Origin: Phoronis australis
Lineage: Eukaryota > Animalia > Phoronida
Assembly: GCA_002633005.1 (NCBI GenBank)
Contig: NMRA01000491.1
Span: 648-64,647 of the forward strand
Length of the DNA stretch: 64,000 nt
Reading direction: 5' to 3'
Shown here: in pieces, positions 34,650 to 48,200 of the stretch
Layout: each line of letters begins with the position of its first letter
How positions within the stretch are numbered: the first letter of the stretch is position 1
Program-made: the position numbers and the translations under genes
The notes under the pieces: generated by a model
Told to the model about the DNA's origin: nothing
What the model saw: the letters and a program-made list of their open reading frames with translations, nothing else
Databases searched by the model: none

Positions 34650-37600
34650 ATGTGTGCATAATTATGTATATATATTTATAAGACTGGTTTCAAAACAGTA
34701 AGTTGCCTAAATCAAAAGTGCGATCATTGTCCAGTTTTAAACGAATACAAGACCTGCCCACAACTTCAATTGGACAGTAAACTTGAGAAGAGATGTAAAA
34801 CAATTATTAAGTTGACACAATTATGTTGGGCAGCCATTCAACACAGTTCAGGGGGAGGCATGCTTCAGGGTTTTAAATAATTTGCCTTATAAGCAGGAAT
34901 AATAACAAACTAAAGTACCTATTAGTGTTCTACTGGTCGGTCATGTGAATTGACACAGAAACAGTGACAATACCCCTTGCCCCCAGTGACAGTGTTGAAT
35001 GGTATCACCCCCACCCCTTGAGTTAGTCTACACCTTCTCCTACACCCATTTCCTGCATAGATAACCACTGAGTTGCCACGACAACACCCTCCCTCACATC
35101 CTTGCACACATCGCCTTAGTCTTACCTGATCCTTCAGTTCAGTCAGTTGTTGTGACAAGACTTGCACTAGTTTGTTGGTCGCTTCAAGTTGGCTCTGTAA
35201 GTTGCGTAGCTCGTTCTGTTCGTTCTCACCGTCGTCGGCTGCGAGGGACATGGCTCGCATGCGAGGGAACCAGTCCAGGTCACGGTTCTGAAAGGACCAT
35301 AGTGTCATAGAACTAAGATGAACATGAAAACTGTGATGTGGATCATGACTTGCGTCACAGTTTTCATTTTCAACTTTCTCCTGTCATAGGACTCTGAAAA
35401 GCAATAACCATAGAAGCAGTACCGTGGATTCCAAAAGAGTTGCCACCACTCAAGAGTCTCCAGGAGGGCCCATTTGGAATAAAGGTGTGAAAAAGCCACC
35501 GCGTAGACATAGTGATAATGATGACTTGGGAAAAAATAAAATTAGTTAACATGTAGGACAAGCCTGGGTATTGAGCTGAATATCTACACATAACTATAAG
35601 TTTTCAACTTGGTAAAGGTACATATTTTCAACTTGGTAAAAGTACATATTTTCAACTTGGTAAAAGTACATATTTTCAACTTGGTAAAAGTACATATTTT
35701 CAACTTGGTAAAAGTACATATTATTTTCTGAGAGCAGAAAGCCATTAGAATTTCATTTTTGACTTTTTACCAATCTGCCTTTAATTGGGTCATGTGAACA
35801 TGTCTTTTTACTGGGAAAAAGGAAAGGTACGGTGATAACAAAACATTTAAATAGTATGATCAAATTTTATTTGATATAAATGTTCACCCCGAGATCTCCA
35901 AAATGCTGTGGCAGTTTTCCAAAATGTTTCAGTTTTGTTTAAAAAAACAAACTTGGGCCTTTATCTAGGGTCTTACATAACCTTTAACGGGTTTGCTGGA
36001 CCTTACACAGCTCAAGCTACCTAACCATTACAATTCACAACGACGCATCATCAGATTGACCTACTTTGATCATTGAGTAGACGTAGCTTTCGGGCCCCGT
36101 GAACTCTGTCGGGTCTTTGACCTTCACAAGAACGATGAAGTACAAGTAATGCCACATGTTATGTTCTGAGCGCACGTGCTCCTCAAACGACACAGCTTTG
36201 TTGTCAAACGACGACCGATCCAAGCCTGCGAAGCACGTCATAAGCTAGGTTAGAACACTCTAGACCATTATGGGAATTAAAAAAAGCTTTTGATCGAGAC
36301 TACTTATCGTATCAAATTGGTCTGGACATGTTTTCACAACAAAAACAAAGAAATCACTGTGATATCAGAGCTTGGGAGAGCTGACAGTTTGTTATTGCTG
36401 ACAGAGCAGGATCAGTAAGGTATGGCTGCTATGGTCTCAAGTGACAACAAACTGACAATTTTTGACAAGCCCAGGAAATCAATTTTACAACTGGGGTCTA
36501 AATCAAAACTTTGTGATAGAATGAAGGCTTACTGTGAATGTAACATATTTCCAAAACACGCATCACATTATCATGACCTGTGATGTAACTCACTATCCAT
36601 TATCACCACTGTTGACTAACCTGCACACTTGTTATACAAAGACGAACTCTTAAATCGAAAGCTTAAAATAAAATATTTCAACAAGTATTAAGGGATTCTA
36701 ATGGGTCTGTGAACTTCTACAATCCCTACATGACCACAATATTATGTTAATGAGACTCTTCCGAGTTTTGTACCCTAAAAGGTATATTGCAACATAACAA
36801 AGACCAACCAATCATACCATAGCTATTGGCCATTTGAGTCTTTGTATGTCACACTCAAGTCAGAAAGATAATAAAATGACACATAGATAATGAAATTTGT
36901 TACCTTCTATTTTCAAAATTTTGTGAAATTCCCAATATGTGCAGTGCTATTAAGGTATTAAGTTTATGGATGGTGGCCATGGATACCGGGATTAAAAAAT
37001 ATACGATACAAACCACAGATGAAGCACGTATTTTTCAATATTTCGTCTTTCTGTTGTTTTTCACTCCTGAGGTCAGCAAACGTGTCAATGATGACACCAA
37101 ATATGAGGTTGAGAACGATGATGATGACGATGACGAAGAATAAAAGATCGTAGATGACACGGAACATGAACAGAGGCTCCTGTGGGCAGAGATGGGAAAC
37201 ATGCAGTCAATAGTGCCTAACATTTCTACATAGCTTCAGTCGGACAGCTCTCTCAAAACGTCAAAGTCTATCGAACTTTGAAAAACTTTATGATGCAAGA
37301 ATTACTTAGCAATGAAATGAAATTTCTATCCCAGTGAAATTGTAATGCTGTCCAACTTCAGTTGTAACTTAGAAGTTAAAATGCACAAAAAGGCACATAT
37401 TTTTAAGTCACAGTGGGCAAACAGGTATAGAGATTTCAGACTTTGAAGCAATTTAGCAATAACCGAAACAATTTTTTTTCAAAGTAAAAAAGATATTTAG
37501 CATAAATTTAGTTGGTCTAGCTTTAATCAAAGTTCGGCACACACAATTCTTAAAGCTAATGCCAACTAAGACTCACTTCAGACCCCCATTTTCACCAACA

Positions 37601-40600
37601 GCAGCACCATATGTTGGAGTTGGATAGCCTCAGGATAACAACTTTCATGGTTTCAGGCCATTTTCACCAACACCAATGCCACCTGTTGGAGGTGGATGGC
37701 ACCAGGTTAACAAGTTCAACTTACATTACTACTAGGTTTGCGTAGGACGTCCCCTATCCCTCCTCCATTTCGCAATCCTTCATTGAGCGTGGTTACTATG
37801 CACATGATGAGAGAATCACAGGCCCGCTCCTGTGCAGTGTCATCGCCACCCTCTCCACCAGGGGAAGTCGACAACATCTTCTCGATGTTTGCTGCAGAAT
37901 AAGAATCTTATTCAAACACGGCATCCCTTTCCGTGGGTCTGTTGTGAGCAGTCCTCAACAATTTGCACACAGAGATTATTTTAGAATGCAAACACTTGCA
38001 CATTAAAATTATTCTGTCATACTTAGCTTCCACATGTTCACACCCATTAGTATTAATTATAAACTGCGGCTTGCAAGATTTTGATCCGTTCACTTTTCAT
38101 TTGTAATTGCATGGATTTTTAACCCAATATACAATGAACACGCGCATTTAAACATACAGGTTCCGTTATTTCCCTTGATCAGATATGAACCAAGAAATGT
38201 CTCCTCAAACGTGGCCTTGTGTTGGTACACACACACTTGATACCACAATAAATTCATTTCCTTCAGTCCCACCTGTGTCATTACTGTCCACCAGTTTCCT
38301 TGTTGACCCATCAGGACAGCCATCCTTAGTGGTGCAGGTTCCATTGTTTGCCACTGTAGCAGCACCAGTCATCCCTGTGGCGCTCGCTACAACCGTGGCT
38401 GCTGTTCTTATGACATCTGTTGATGCAAGATCAAGTTAAAATTCAGAGCAGAATTGAAATTACTCAAATAAAAAATATGTGGGAAAAGATGAAATTTTTG
38501 ATAGCTTTTATTCCAGGAAATGAGCCAAGGAGGCAGATGTGGAACATGAAAGTGACAAGAGGTCTGTTCAAAAATGTGTTATGCTAATACTTGGACACAA
38601 CAAAGGGCAAGTGTTTCAATTCGTCAGTAGAAAAGAGCCTCATAACTCGATTTCACAACAAATTCAACTTAAGCCCAAACCTATTATCACAAATACGTGA
38701 CTACTGATAAACAGTGAAATTATGGTTAAGGAAGACATAAAGAAAATAAACTGCAGTGACTATAATACATCAGTTGTGAACATTAATAATACAACAGTTG
38801 TGAACATTATTATACATCAGTTGTGGGCATTATTATACATCAGTTTTGAACATTAATAATACATCAGTTGTGAACATTAATAATACATCAGTTGTGAACT
38901 ATTGACTAATTCAATGAGATAGTTATATTTGCAATAACTAAAACCTAACACCAACTAAAATACTAATTCTGTAATTAACTAATACTTAACACTTAAAACC
39001 GAAATAATGGCAACGATTCACAAGTACTCGTGCCACTAAAAAATCAACATGAAAAAGACACCTCTTCTTGGTCAGGAGTGACACTTCATTAAACCCTACG
39101 CCGTGCTAGGCACCCACCTGAGTTGACTGGCATTGAGCTGACCTCCAACAGGAAGTCGTCTTGGAAGAAGATGAAGCCAACAATAGAGAAGATGTAGATG
39201 AGGATGACCGCCAGGACAGTGGTCATCCAGATGGACCGAAAATTCTTGGTTACTGACCGGATCACATTCCTGAGTGTCTCCTCTTGATACACGATATCAG
39301 TTAACTGCAAGCAACATAATGACAGAGTTTGATGATATGATATTTATCAATTGCAAGCAGCATTGAGAGTCTGATACATAATATCAAGTCAGCAGCCAGT
39401 AGTACCAGATTTTGATATAAAATATAGGGCAGATGCAAGCAACATCAGAGTATTTTTATTCTTGGTAACACAATGTAAAGCATTATGGAAAAAGTTCTTG
39501 AACTTGGGACAAAGATAATTGCTGAAATGGACATAATTTCTATTTTTCAGACGTTTACAACATAGCTGCAAATGCCCAAATTTCAAACCACATTAAAAGC
39601 AAGCTAATTTTTCATGAAGTTATATTTTTGTTGAGAAATTTGACAAAATGTACTTTCACCTATCCAAGATATTGTGTCCTACTGAACAATTTTTCGCGTA
39701 ATCTTATAACTTACCAACAGACTGTAAAAGAACTCATGAACACAAAGGCCCAGTACACACAGCAGAAGGTAACCAGCATTGTACACAAAGTCAAAATCTA
39801 TCAGAATCTGAGACGTGGGCTTCATGAGGGTGCCATGGTTACCAAGTAGGCTGACAATGAAAATGAACTTGTTGATGACCTGCAACAGAGGGAGACAACT
39901 CTCAAATTTGGAAACCGCGATGCATTGTGCATGCTGTGAGCCATGTTGACGTTACGAGCAATGTTGACTTGCCTAAAAGAAAAATGATTGCATCAACTGA
40001 ATGTATTGAAATTCATCTGATAATCAGATGCCAACCAACGGGTTATTTTCATGAAGGTGAACTTGTTAATAGCCTGCAACAGATGGAGACAACCCTGGAG
40101 ATGCACTGTGCACAACATGAGCAATTTTAACATAAACTAAACTAGAATGCATAACGCATAATGAATGGAAATTTATCCGATAATCAGATGCCAACCAATG
40201 GGTTATTTCCGCATTGCCCACTAACGGTTTTCTAGAAGCAAATGTCTGAGGCATCATAGGAGTATAAATTGATAAATGGACGAGTTAAAAAGCAGAAATC
40301 ACAGTATTTTGTAATGTTTTGAATTTCCCAAATTTGTGATGTTGCTCTGGTTTGTTGGTTTTTATAGCAAGCAAATTAGCAGAAAAAAAAACAGGTTTAT
40401 AAAGGTGGGAAAGTTCCATTAAGGTTAAGCAGAACCTAGAGAAATGTCCACATTTGGCCAACTTCGGAACATCTGATATCAAAAATGGCTGACTGGATTC
40501 ATAAGAAACATCCAATTGCTTTTGAAATCTCAACTGTTGCCTAATGGGCTATCAAAAATAGGACTTCATCATGTTATTAAAAAATTTTTAAAGTTGCATA

Positions 40601-40848
40601 AAAGAAAACAAGAATAACTTAGAAAAACTGCAACAGTACTTTTGAGATTTTATCTTGGACATTTACAAAAAACTGAAGTTAAACTTTGAGCGAATCAAAT
40701 TCTACAGGATTTTTATTTCAGATTCATTCGAAGTTACAATCAGTCTGGTTTTTTGCATATAAAATATTTTTATTCCTAAATACACTAAGATATACAACAA
40801 TGACATGTATGCAAATGGAACACAGGTCCACACACACGCACACACGCA

Positions 40849-40880
<32 letters not shown>

Positions 40881-43800
40881 CACACATCTAAATAACAGAA
40901 CTTCATGGTTGATCTAATCTAAATAAGTATTGAGGGTTTAACAAAAGGCAGTTTTACAGGGTTGTACATTTCTTACTTTACAATAATTATACAAGAAACA
41001 TTGAAACTGTGAATATCTAGGAATAATCTGGTCTCTTGAACATGTATGGATGAAATACTGGCAAATAGTTAATATGGTATTAATATCTTCAAAATTACAT
41101 CCTAAATATGCTGTCAAAATAAAATTTTTATCTCAGATTAAATCGTGTTGTGCAGTTACGTAAATTAAAAGTTTCCGAATTTCACCCCCCAAAGTTTTCA
41201 CAGAGCCACATTCCACAAACATACGGTTAAAAGTTTCAACAATTCCACAAGATGCACACTTGTCATCACTTACTAAGTTCATCTTTTTCAAATTATGTTT
41301 TGTAAACCCTTTTCTATGAATATAGAAATATAATAAAGGTTTTAACATAAGTAGGTAACAAAAGTTTGTGTGGAAGGACATTAAATTTGTTTAATTCGTT
41401 GTCGAGAGTAAATATCAGTTAAGCTGTACTCTATGTCAGGAGGTGAAACAATTTTGGAAAGCAAAATATTTCTAGAAAACACAATTTCGCTTCCCTAGAG
41501 AGTATGTATGCATTTTGAAATCGAAGGATCAGCTTTCAACTTAATCGCACGTCTCAAAGCAGCATAATGTATCCAATTTGACAGTTTATGTCATATTTTT
41601 CAAAACCTCCCATGTCAGAAATTTATTTCCAAAATTCAAAATATCCTTCAAAAAATACCAGCCTCAAAGAAACTATTAAATAATACATTCCTCCTATTAA
41701 TCAATATGTTTTTGTTATTCCACACTACTTGGTTCACAATTGTTATGTTCTTATGCAAATGAGCACAAATTTCTTACGAAGCAATCAAGATGTCAAGATA
41801 ACATTTGGAAGAGACAGCAAATTACAATCATAATTTGATTTAAAAATAAAAATACCCCCATGTTTTGAAAACATACCTCGGAAACACTTTGAAAACTTCA
41901 ATGTTTCCATCAAAGCAACGCATAACTCACTTAACTAGTAATGACTTGTACATAATATTTTTATATCAGGAACTGACAAACCACCATTTTCATATTATTT
42001 ATACGGGCTGTAAGAATTTTTTTAAGTATTTTACAATCAGTATTCAATAGAGATATTGGACGCCAATTATCCAAGGACTGGTTAATAATACAAAGACTTG
42101 TCGATAAGGTTTTACATGACTTTAAGTTTTTGTTCTACTAGATAAATGTGTCAGAGAATAGCTTCACAACTGCCTCTAAAACGGGGGGTGTAATTTGTGG
42201 GATAAATTAATTTTACATCACAATCTACTTAAAAAAGGCCAAACCAGTTCATAAATCTATTTTATCCTGATAGACTGTCCCGAGTAGAAATCACGCCCAC
42301 TCGGTTCCCAAGTAGCCAGCACGCCCACTCGGTCCAGTCGAAATTCCTGAGAAAACTGCAAGTATTTCTTGTGTGGATGACGTGCCATTTCACACCAGTA
42401 CAAATTACTTTCTTCTGTGGATGACGTGCCATTTCACACCAGTACAAATTACTTTCTTCTGTGGATGACATGCCATTTCACACCAGTACAAATTACTTTC
42501 TTGTGTGGATGACGTGTCATTTCACACCAGTACAAATTACTTTCTTGTGTGGATGACGTGTCATTTCACACCAGTACAAATTACTTTCTTGTGTGGATGA
42601 CGTGTCATTTCACACCAGTACAAATTATGCTGGTCTTGTCAACATACACGGCATGGAATGACCAATGACAAAAAAGAAGAAAATTTTTCAAGTGAAGTAT
42701 TGCTCTACAAATTTAAAAATTAATGGATTTATGTGACAGAAACATTTTTAGTGTTGTAAAACTTAACTGCAAGAAAATTTTTCCATGAATAAAGACAAAA
42801 TAATGATAAAAAAGAGGAAACTGGAAATGAAATTAGAGGAAATCAAAACCAAAACCAAAGAAGAGGAAATCCTCTAAACAGAGGAAAGTTCTGAGACCTG
42901 AATACAAAAGATTCTTTAGAAACAAGACATTCATTATTGGCCCAAACGGTGTGAGTGGGTAACAACCCATTCAAATCCATTATAAAAAGTCTGTCCAGTT
43001 GATAGTCCATCAAGTCTTTGAGTTTGAACCACGGCCACTTTGTGTTATTGTTTCTGTTAACTCACATTTAACAACCCCAGTATTAGCAGGGTATTCTGAA
43101 GTCCGAGTGAAAACACCACTCTCAGTATTGTGGAGACGAACAGCGTACGTAGACTGGCTGGACTGGGCAAGGTAATGACAATCACCAAGGAGACGACCAT
43201 CGCTGTCCAGATGAGACCAGACAGACGGGGGTCTAGGTCTGAAACAGTTACAGTAACAGTACAGCTGCAAGAAACAGAAAGTCTAAATAATATTCAACCT
43301 TAGTGTGTATTTAGTAAAATCATTGTAGCAGGAAAAATGTAAAATTATTTACCTCAGCTATCAAAAAAAACAACTTATACTTGACTTGACATAAATACAA
43401 ACATTGTACAAATCCACTTTTTGGCAGACCCTTTTCCTACCCATGCAGGGCACTTCCAAAAATTGTGTATTCTGACAAGAATTTAATTTTACGGACCATC
43501 CACCTTCAAGAGTCTATAAATTTAAAAAGGCATTCTTTTGACAGAACTTCTCTTTCTGTCATGAAAAGAACGTCAGTAAAAATGTTGATTTTGCAGTATA
43601 TAAATAGACTTAGTCTTAAAAGCGGACACAAGCCATTGACCCTCTACTCCAGAACACATTTGGAATACTTTCCAAGTCAAACATGAGAATGACCTACGGT
43701 TGGTTTCATGAAAAGTGACCTAAGACTTAAATCATAAATTTGATCTCACAATTCTTTTCCAAAAATAATCAACTCTGACATGAGATAATTTCAACAAGTT

Positions 43801-45235
43801 ATTTTTATACTACGACGCACTCATAATTACTGCACTAAATCTTTATTCAATAATTCTCGCCTTCCACATTGATCGTTATTCCATGCTGTGAAGTACCACT
43901 GTGACAATAGATATGGAGATTCACATGTTGGCATCAGTCATCTGAATACCTTATATCTTTAAGTAATGCCCGTGAAAGTATTCCTGCTGTGTCATGGATT
44001 GTAATGCCGATTCAAGGAACTGGGATAAGCTGTTTAAATATTCATAGATGCGGGATGTCACATTTCATCCCGTCCTGATGGTTCCCGAACAACAAAATAT
44101 GGCAAAGCCCGTTGTGCGCACAGTGCCACCGTTACAATCAATATAATCTTACCTCAAGGCCGAGAAGAGCGGGAGTGCGGAACTGTGGAGTGAGAGCGTT
44201 CGGTCAAATTTCTGCTCTAAGTCCAATGCCACATCATGAAACAAGCGCTGTTGTGGCAATTCTTTGCCTTAGCAGACAATATGGCGGACGATTGAAATTT
44301 TATTTAGTCAAATTTTCCCACAAAAGTATAGATCAAGAAAATTCTAGTCTATTGTTAGCTTGGGATGCGTCGTGCAGACGCCATAAAACAATATTTACAG
44401 CATTTACAGCAATGTAATCAGCTTTTGAAAAATGGAAAAATTACAATTTTTGCAATGATTTACCAAGCACATGACAAGACAAAAGGTGCAACGTAAAACA
44501 CAAGGTCATGAAATATTTACCTCTGGTTGAACTGTTGAATGGATAGAAAAATGCGATCATAATATTGATGAGAATGGTGAAGTTGAAGGAAATTATTGAC
44601 CAAAGATTGAGGTGGCGACTGATCCAGTACAGGCTGTGATTGGCTGAAATGAAATGAACACATGCAGAGAAGTGGGAGTGGTTAAGAGTGCTCAAAAGAA
44701 ATAGAATAAGTAAGGTGCTCCATGACTCACATTGTACTGTTATGTTATTTCACATAATCTGGTGTCAAAATTATAAACAGCATGGCGTGACATCAATGTT
44801 AACCTCACCATAAATGCAAGTTTGGCCGAACACTTCCCCGACTTCTATCTCAGAGTACTTTCATAATGGTGGTCACAACGTAAAAAATGTCCAAAGCTCA
44901 TTGCGATTATGACAGATACACAGTACATTTAGTTATGTACTATTAATAAACTAATTTCATTCAAGTATAGTCGAACAGACGGATAGGCCATAGGAGATTT
45001 CAAAATCAACCTGTAAGCATGTACAAAAAGGTACACGCAAAATTCAACCATACCTTGTGAAAATTTGTGACCAACTCACAGACATACAATTTTTATAATT
45101 ATTTCGCATGTCTGTTGCATAATGTGTACGTACTACTTGCTCACAAGCAGAAATAATGCTAATTTTATTATTGATGTCATGTCAATTTTGTTATGACTAA
45201 TTATAATAAATAATAAGAATAATAATCAGTAATGA

Positions 45236-45266
<31 letters not shown>

Positions 45267-48200
45267 GCAACAACAACAACAACAACACATATTATAATTA
45301 TTTTTACCTCTAAGCTTCTTCTGCCACTTCATTTCACCCAGCATAACCTCGTGTCGTTCAAAGAAGTCGGACACCTTGCTGCCCTGATCGTCCCTCTCAG
45401 CTGTAGTATACACCTTCAATTTGGTGTCCTCTGTCAGGTACTCACAGATCTCTGGGATGGGGAACACAATCTGCTCCATGGTGCGGTCCTGCCGCACAAT
45501 CTGACAACAACAATGGAGAACAATTATCACTCCCAGCATGCCTATTCAAAACCCATATGGGTAATAAAATAATGATTTCCGCCAAGACCATAAACCCTTT
45601 GTTAAGCTATGTTTAGTAGCACAGTCCAACTGGGACTGTTGCCTCCCTAAGAACAGGGTTCACAAACCACTTCTTACATCTTAATTTCAAAAGGCCTATT
45701 GTGTGTTAACGACACCCATGATTCAAAACAAAATGCTAAGCCATTAATTACCCCTCTATTCCCAAAATGATCAAAGAACATTATTGTAAGACTTGTAATT
45801 ATTTTGATTATAATCAAAGAGAAATTAACTCATTTGAAGAGGACAACTAATTATAGGTATAACATCAATAATAACAATAACAATAATGATAAAGTTAATT
45901 AGTGCCACCAGAGGTTGGGTACAGAAAATCTATTTGAAGCTTTGTGATTAAAAAACCTGAGAAATGCAGTAAGCCTCAATAAGAGGTGCGTGACTCAAAT
46001 GTGCAGTGTCTGAGTATGTCAAGTAACCTTTTTGGACCACCCTTTGGATGACACCGAATCAAAAACCAATCTTAGCTAACTCATACATATTCTAGAACAC
46101 AAAATTCAATTGGAAATACATTTTGCAGCAGCTGAAGTTGCAGGCGAAGCGTATTACTTAAAATTTAACTTTTAAAATTTTAAGTTAGATACAAGTATTC
46201 CCGGTGACTTCATCTCATGTTCGAAAATGAAGGAATGACTAAAAGTTCTACTCTTTGCGTTTTGAATGCTTACCTTGTTGTTAGTTAATATTATGGGATG
46301 GCAACAGCATACTGTGCAACCTCAACAACGCAGGACACAATATGAGACAGACGACAACTGAATTATAGCTTTTCATTTTTTTATAAAAAACACGTTTCAT
46401 TAAACCAATGCTTTACCATGCTCAAGTTCTGCACCATAGTTACCATAAGAAAACATTTTGAAAAAATTTGAGCCTCCACAACATTGTTAGAATACTTTGA
46501 AAAACAAAAGAGCTAATTTTGGCAATTATTTTTGTCCAAAATTGGTGAGATTTTACTGTTAGTGTAAGTCATGCTAATAATGGAATTACAAAACTATGGC
46601 AGTAGTCAGCAACAGTCCCGGCAAATGTACAGGATCTTCTTTTACTTACAACTTCAAAATGAGAAGACAGTGATCCCTCTCACCTCAGTCTGTGCTGTGC
46701 GCTTGGCAGTAATGCAATGCCTGACAGTCCTGATCATACACACCCCATAGTGTCCCTCCTCACCTCATTCTGTGCTGTATGCTGGCATAATGTTCCAATA
46801 CCTGACAGCCCTGTTCATTCACACCTCTAGTGTCCCCCCTCACCTCAATCTGTGCTGTATGCTGGCATAATGTTCCAATACCTTACAGCCCTGATCATAC
46901 ACACTCCTAGTGTCCCCCCCCCTCACCTCAATCTGTGCAGTATGCTTGGCATAGTGTTCCAATGCCTGACAGCCCTGATCAAGTACTCCCTCATTTGCAC
47001 TGGATGGCTTCAGGTGGTCGGCTAATTCCTTGTTATGATGTGACAACTGAAGAAACAGAGATCATACAAAATATTAACATGTCAAGCACAATTTCATTAA
47101 TAAAAAATGAGCATCAATTTTATCAAAAGAGCCTTTTCCAAGGAAAATATTTGATTTTGTAACTTCATAACTACACTAAATTGCTTTAGACAGAGTAATT
47201 TGCTGGAAGGAATCTTAACCACAGGCCAGGAATTGACTACACTCATATTAAAAGCTCAAATCAAAGAATGAAGTTGCAAAGGCAGTCACTTTAACCACCT
47301 GATAGTGTTAACAAACAAGTGAGAGGTTTAGTGCTGCCACCTGATGGGCCAGGATGTAAATGTTGTGCCCCACATCCTTAGGAGAAGCCCCACCCTCTTC
47401 CTCCTTTTCATCATCATCGTCTGCATACTCCTCCTCTGAGTGGTCGTCTTGGTGGAACGCATTCTTAGAGACATCCACCTGTAGGTGTGATTGACAGATG
47501 TGACACATAGGTGGGCGGAGTCAAGAGAAAAAAAATCTACAACACAGAGCAGGCAACCCAGCAGACCATCACGTTTATGACACATAAGTCTAGCAAAGAA
47601 TGAAAAATTAATGTAGACAAGAGTCTTAATATGAAATATTAAATCATAAGCAGACAGAAAACTACCCAGATTTGTTAGATAAAATACACAGCGTAGCACT
47701 TTATAACAGTTCAACAAGCTTCTAAAAACAACGGAAGGGATTAGTCAAAATTCTGTGCAGTGAGATACCCATAATGCATCTTGAATTGTTAAAGTAATGT
47801 TAGTTAAGCTACTTATTGAGTATAGTCACACAAATTTAGTGAATACATTAGAGGCTGAAGACAGTCAAAATATCACTCCTTATCATGTATTAACGTTTGT
47901 TCAGAATGTTACCTTCACGTAAATCATATAATTGACAGAGTTTAATGTTATGTAGGACCCTAGAAAAATGTCCAATATGGCTAACTTTGGAACATCATAT
48001 CTCAAAAATGACTGATTTGATGCATATGAAACTCAGATACTAAAGATTTATACAAAAATTTCAAAATGCTGCTGGGAATTGTTTTTAAAATGTTCCATTC
48101 TTACATGAAATGAGGAGCTATCAAAAATAGTACTTTATGACTTTCATGGAAAAAATCAAAGATGCATAAATCAAAAGCCAGTCGATAAAATAGAAGAGCG

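Noticed and set aside
34410-34701. ORFs with CVCVCV/YIYI runs (also 40686-40906 and the poly-C/poly-Y tail of 45201-45539)
   Set aside because: These are translations of microsatellites.
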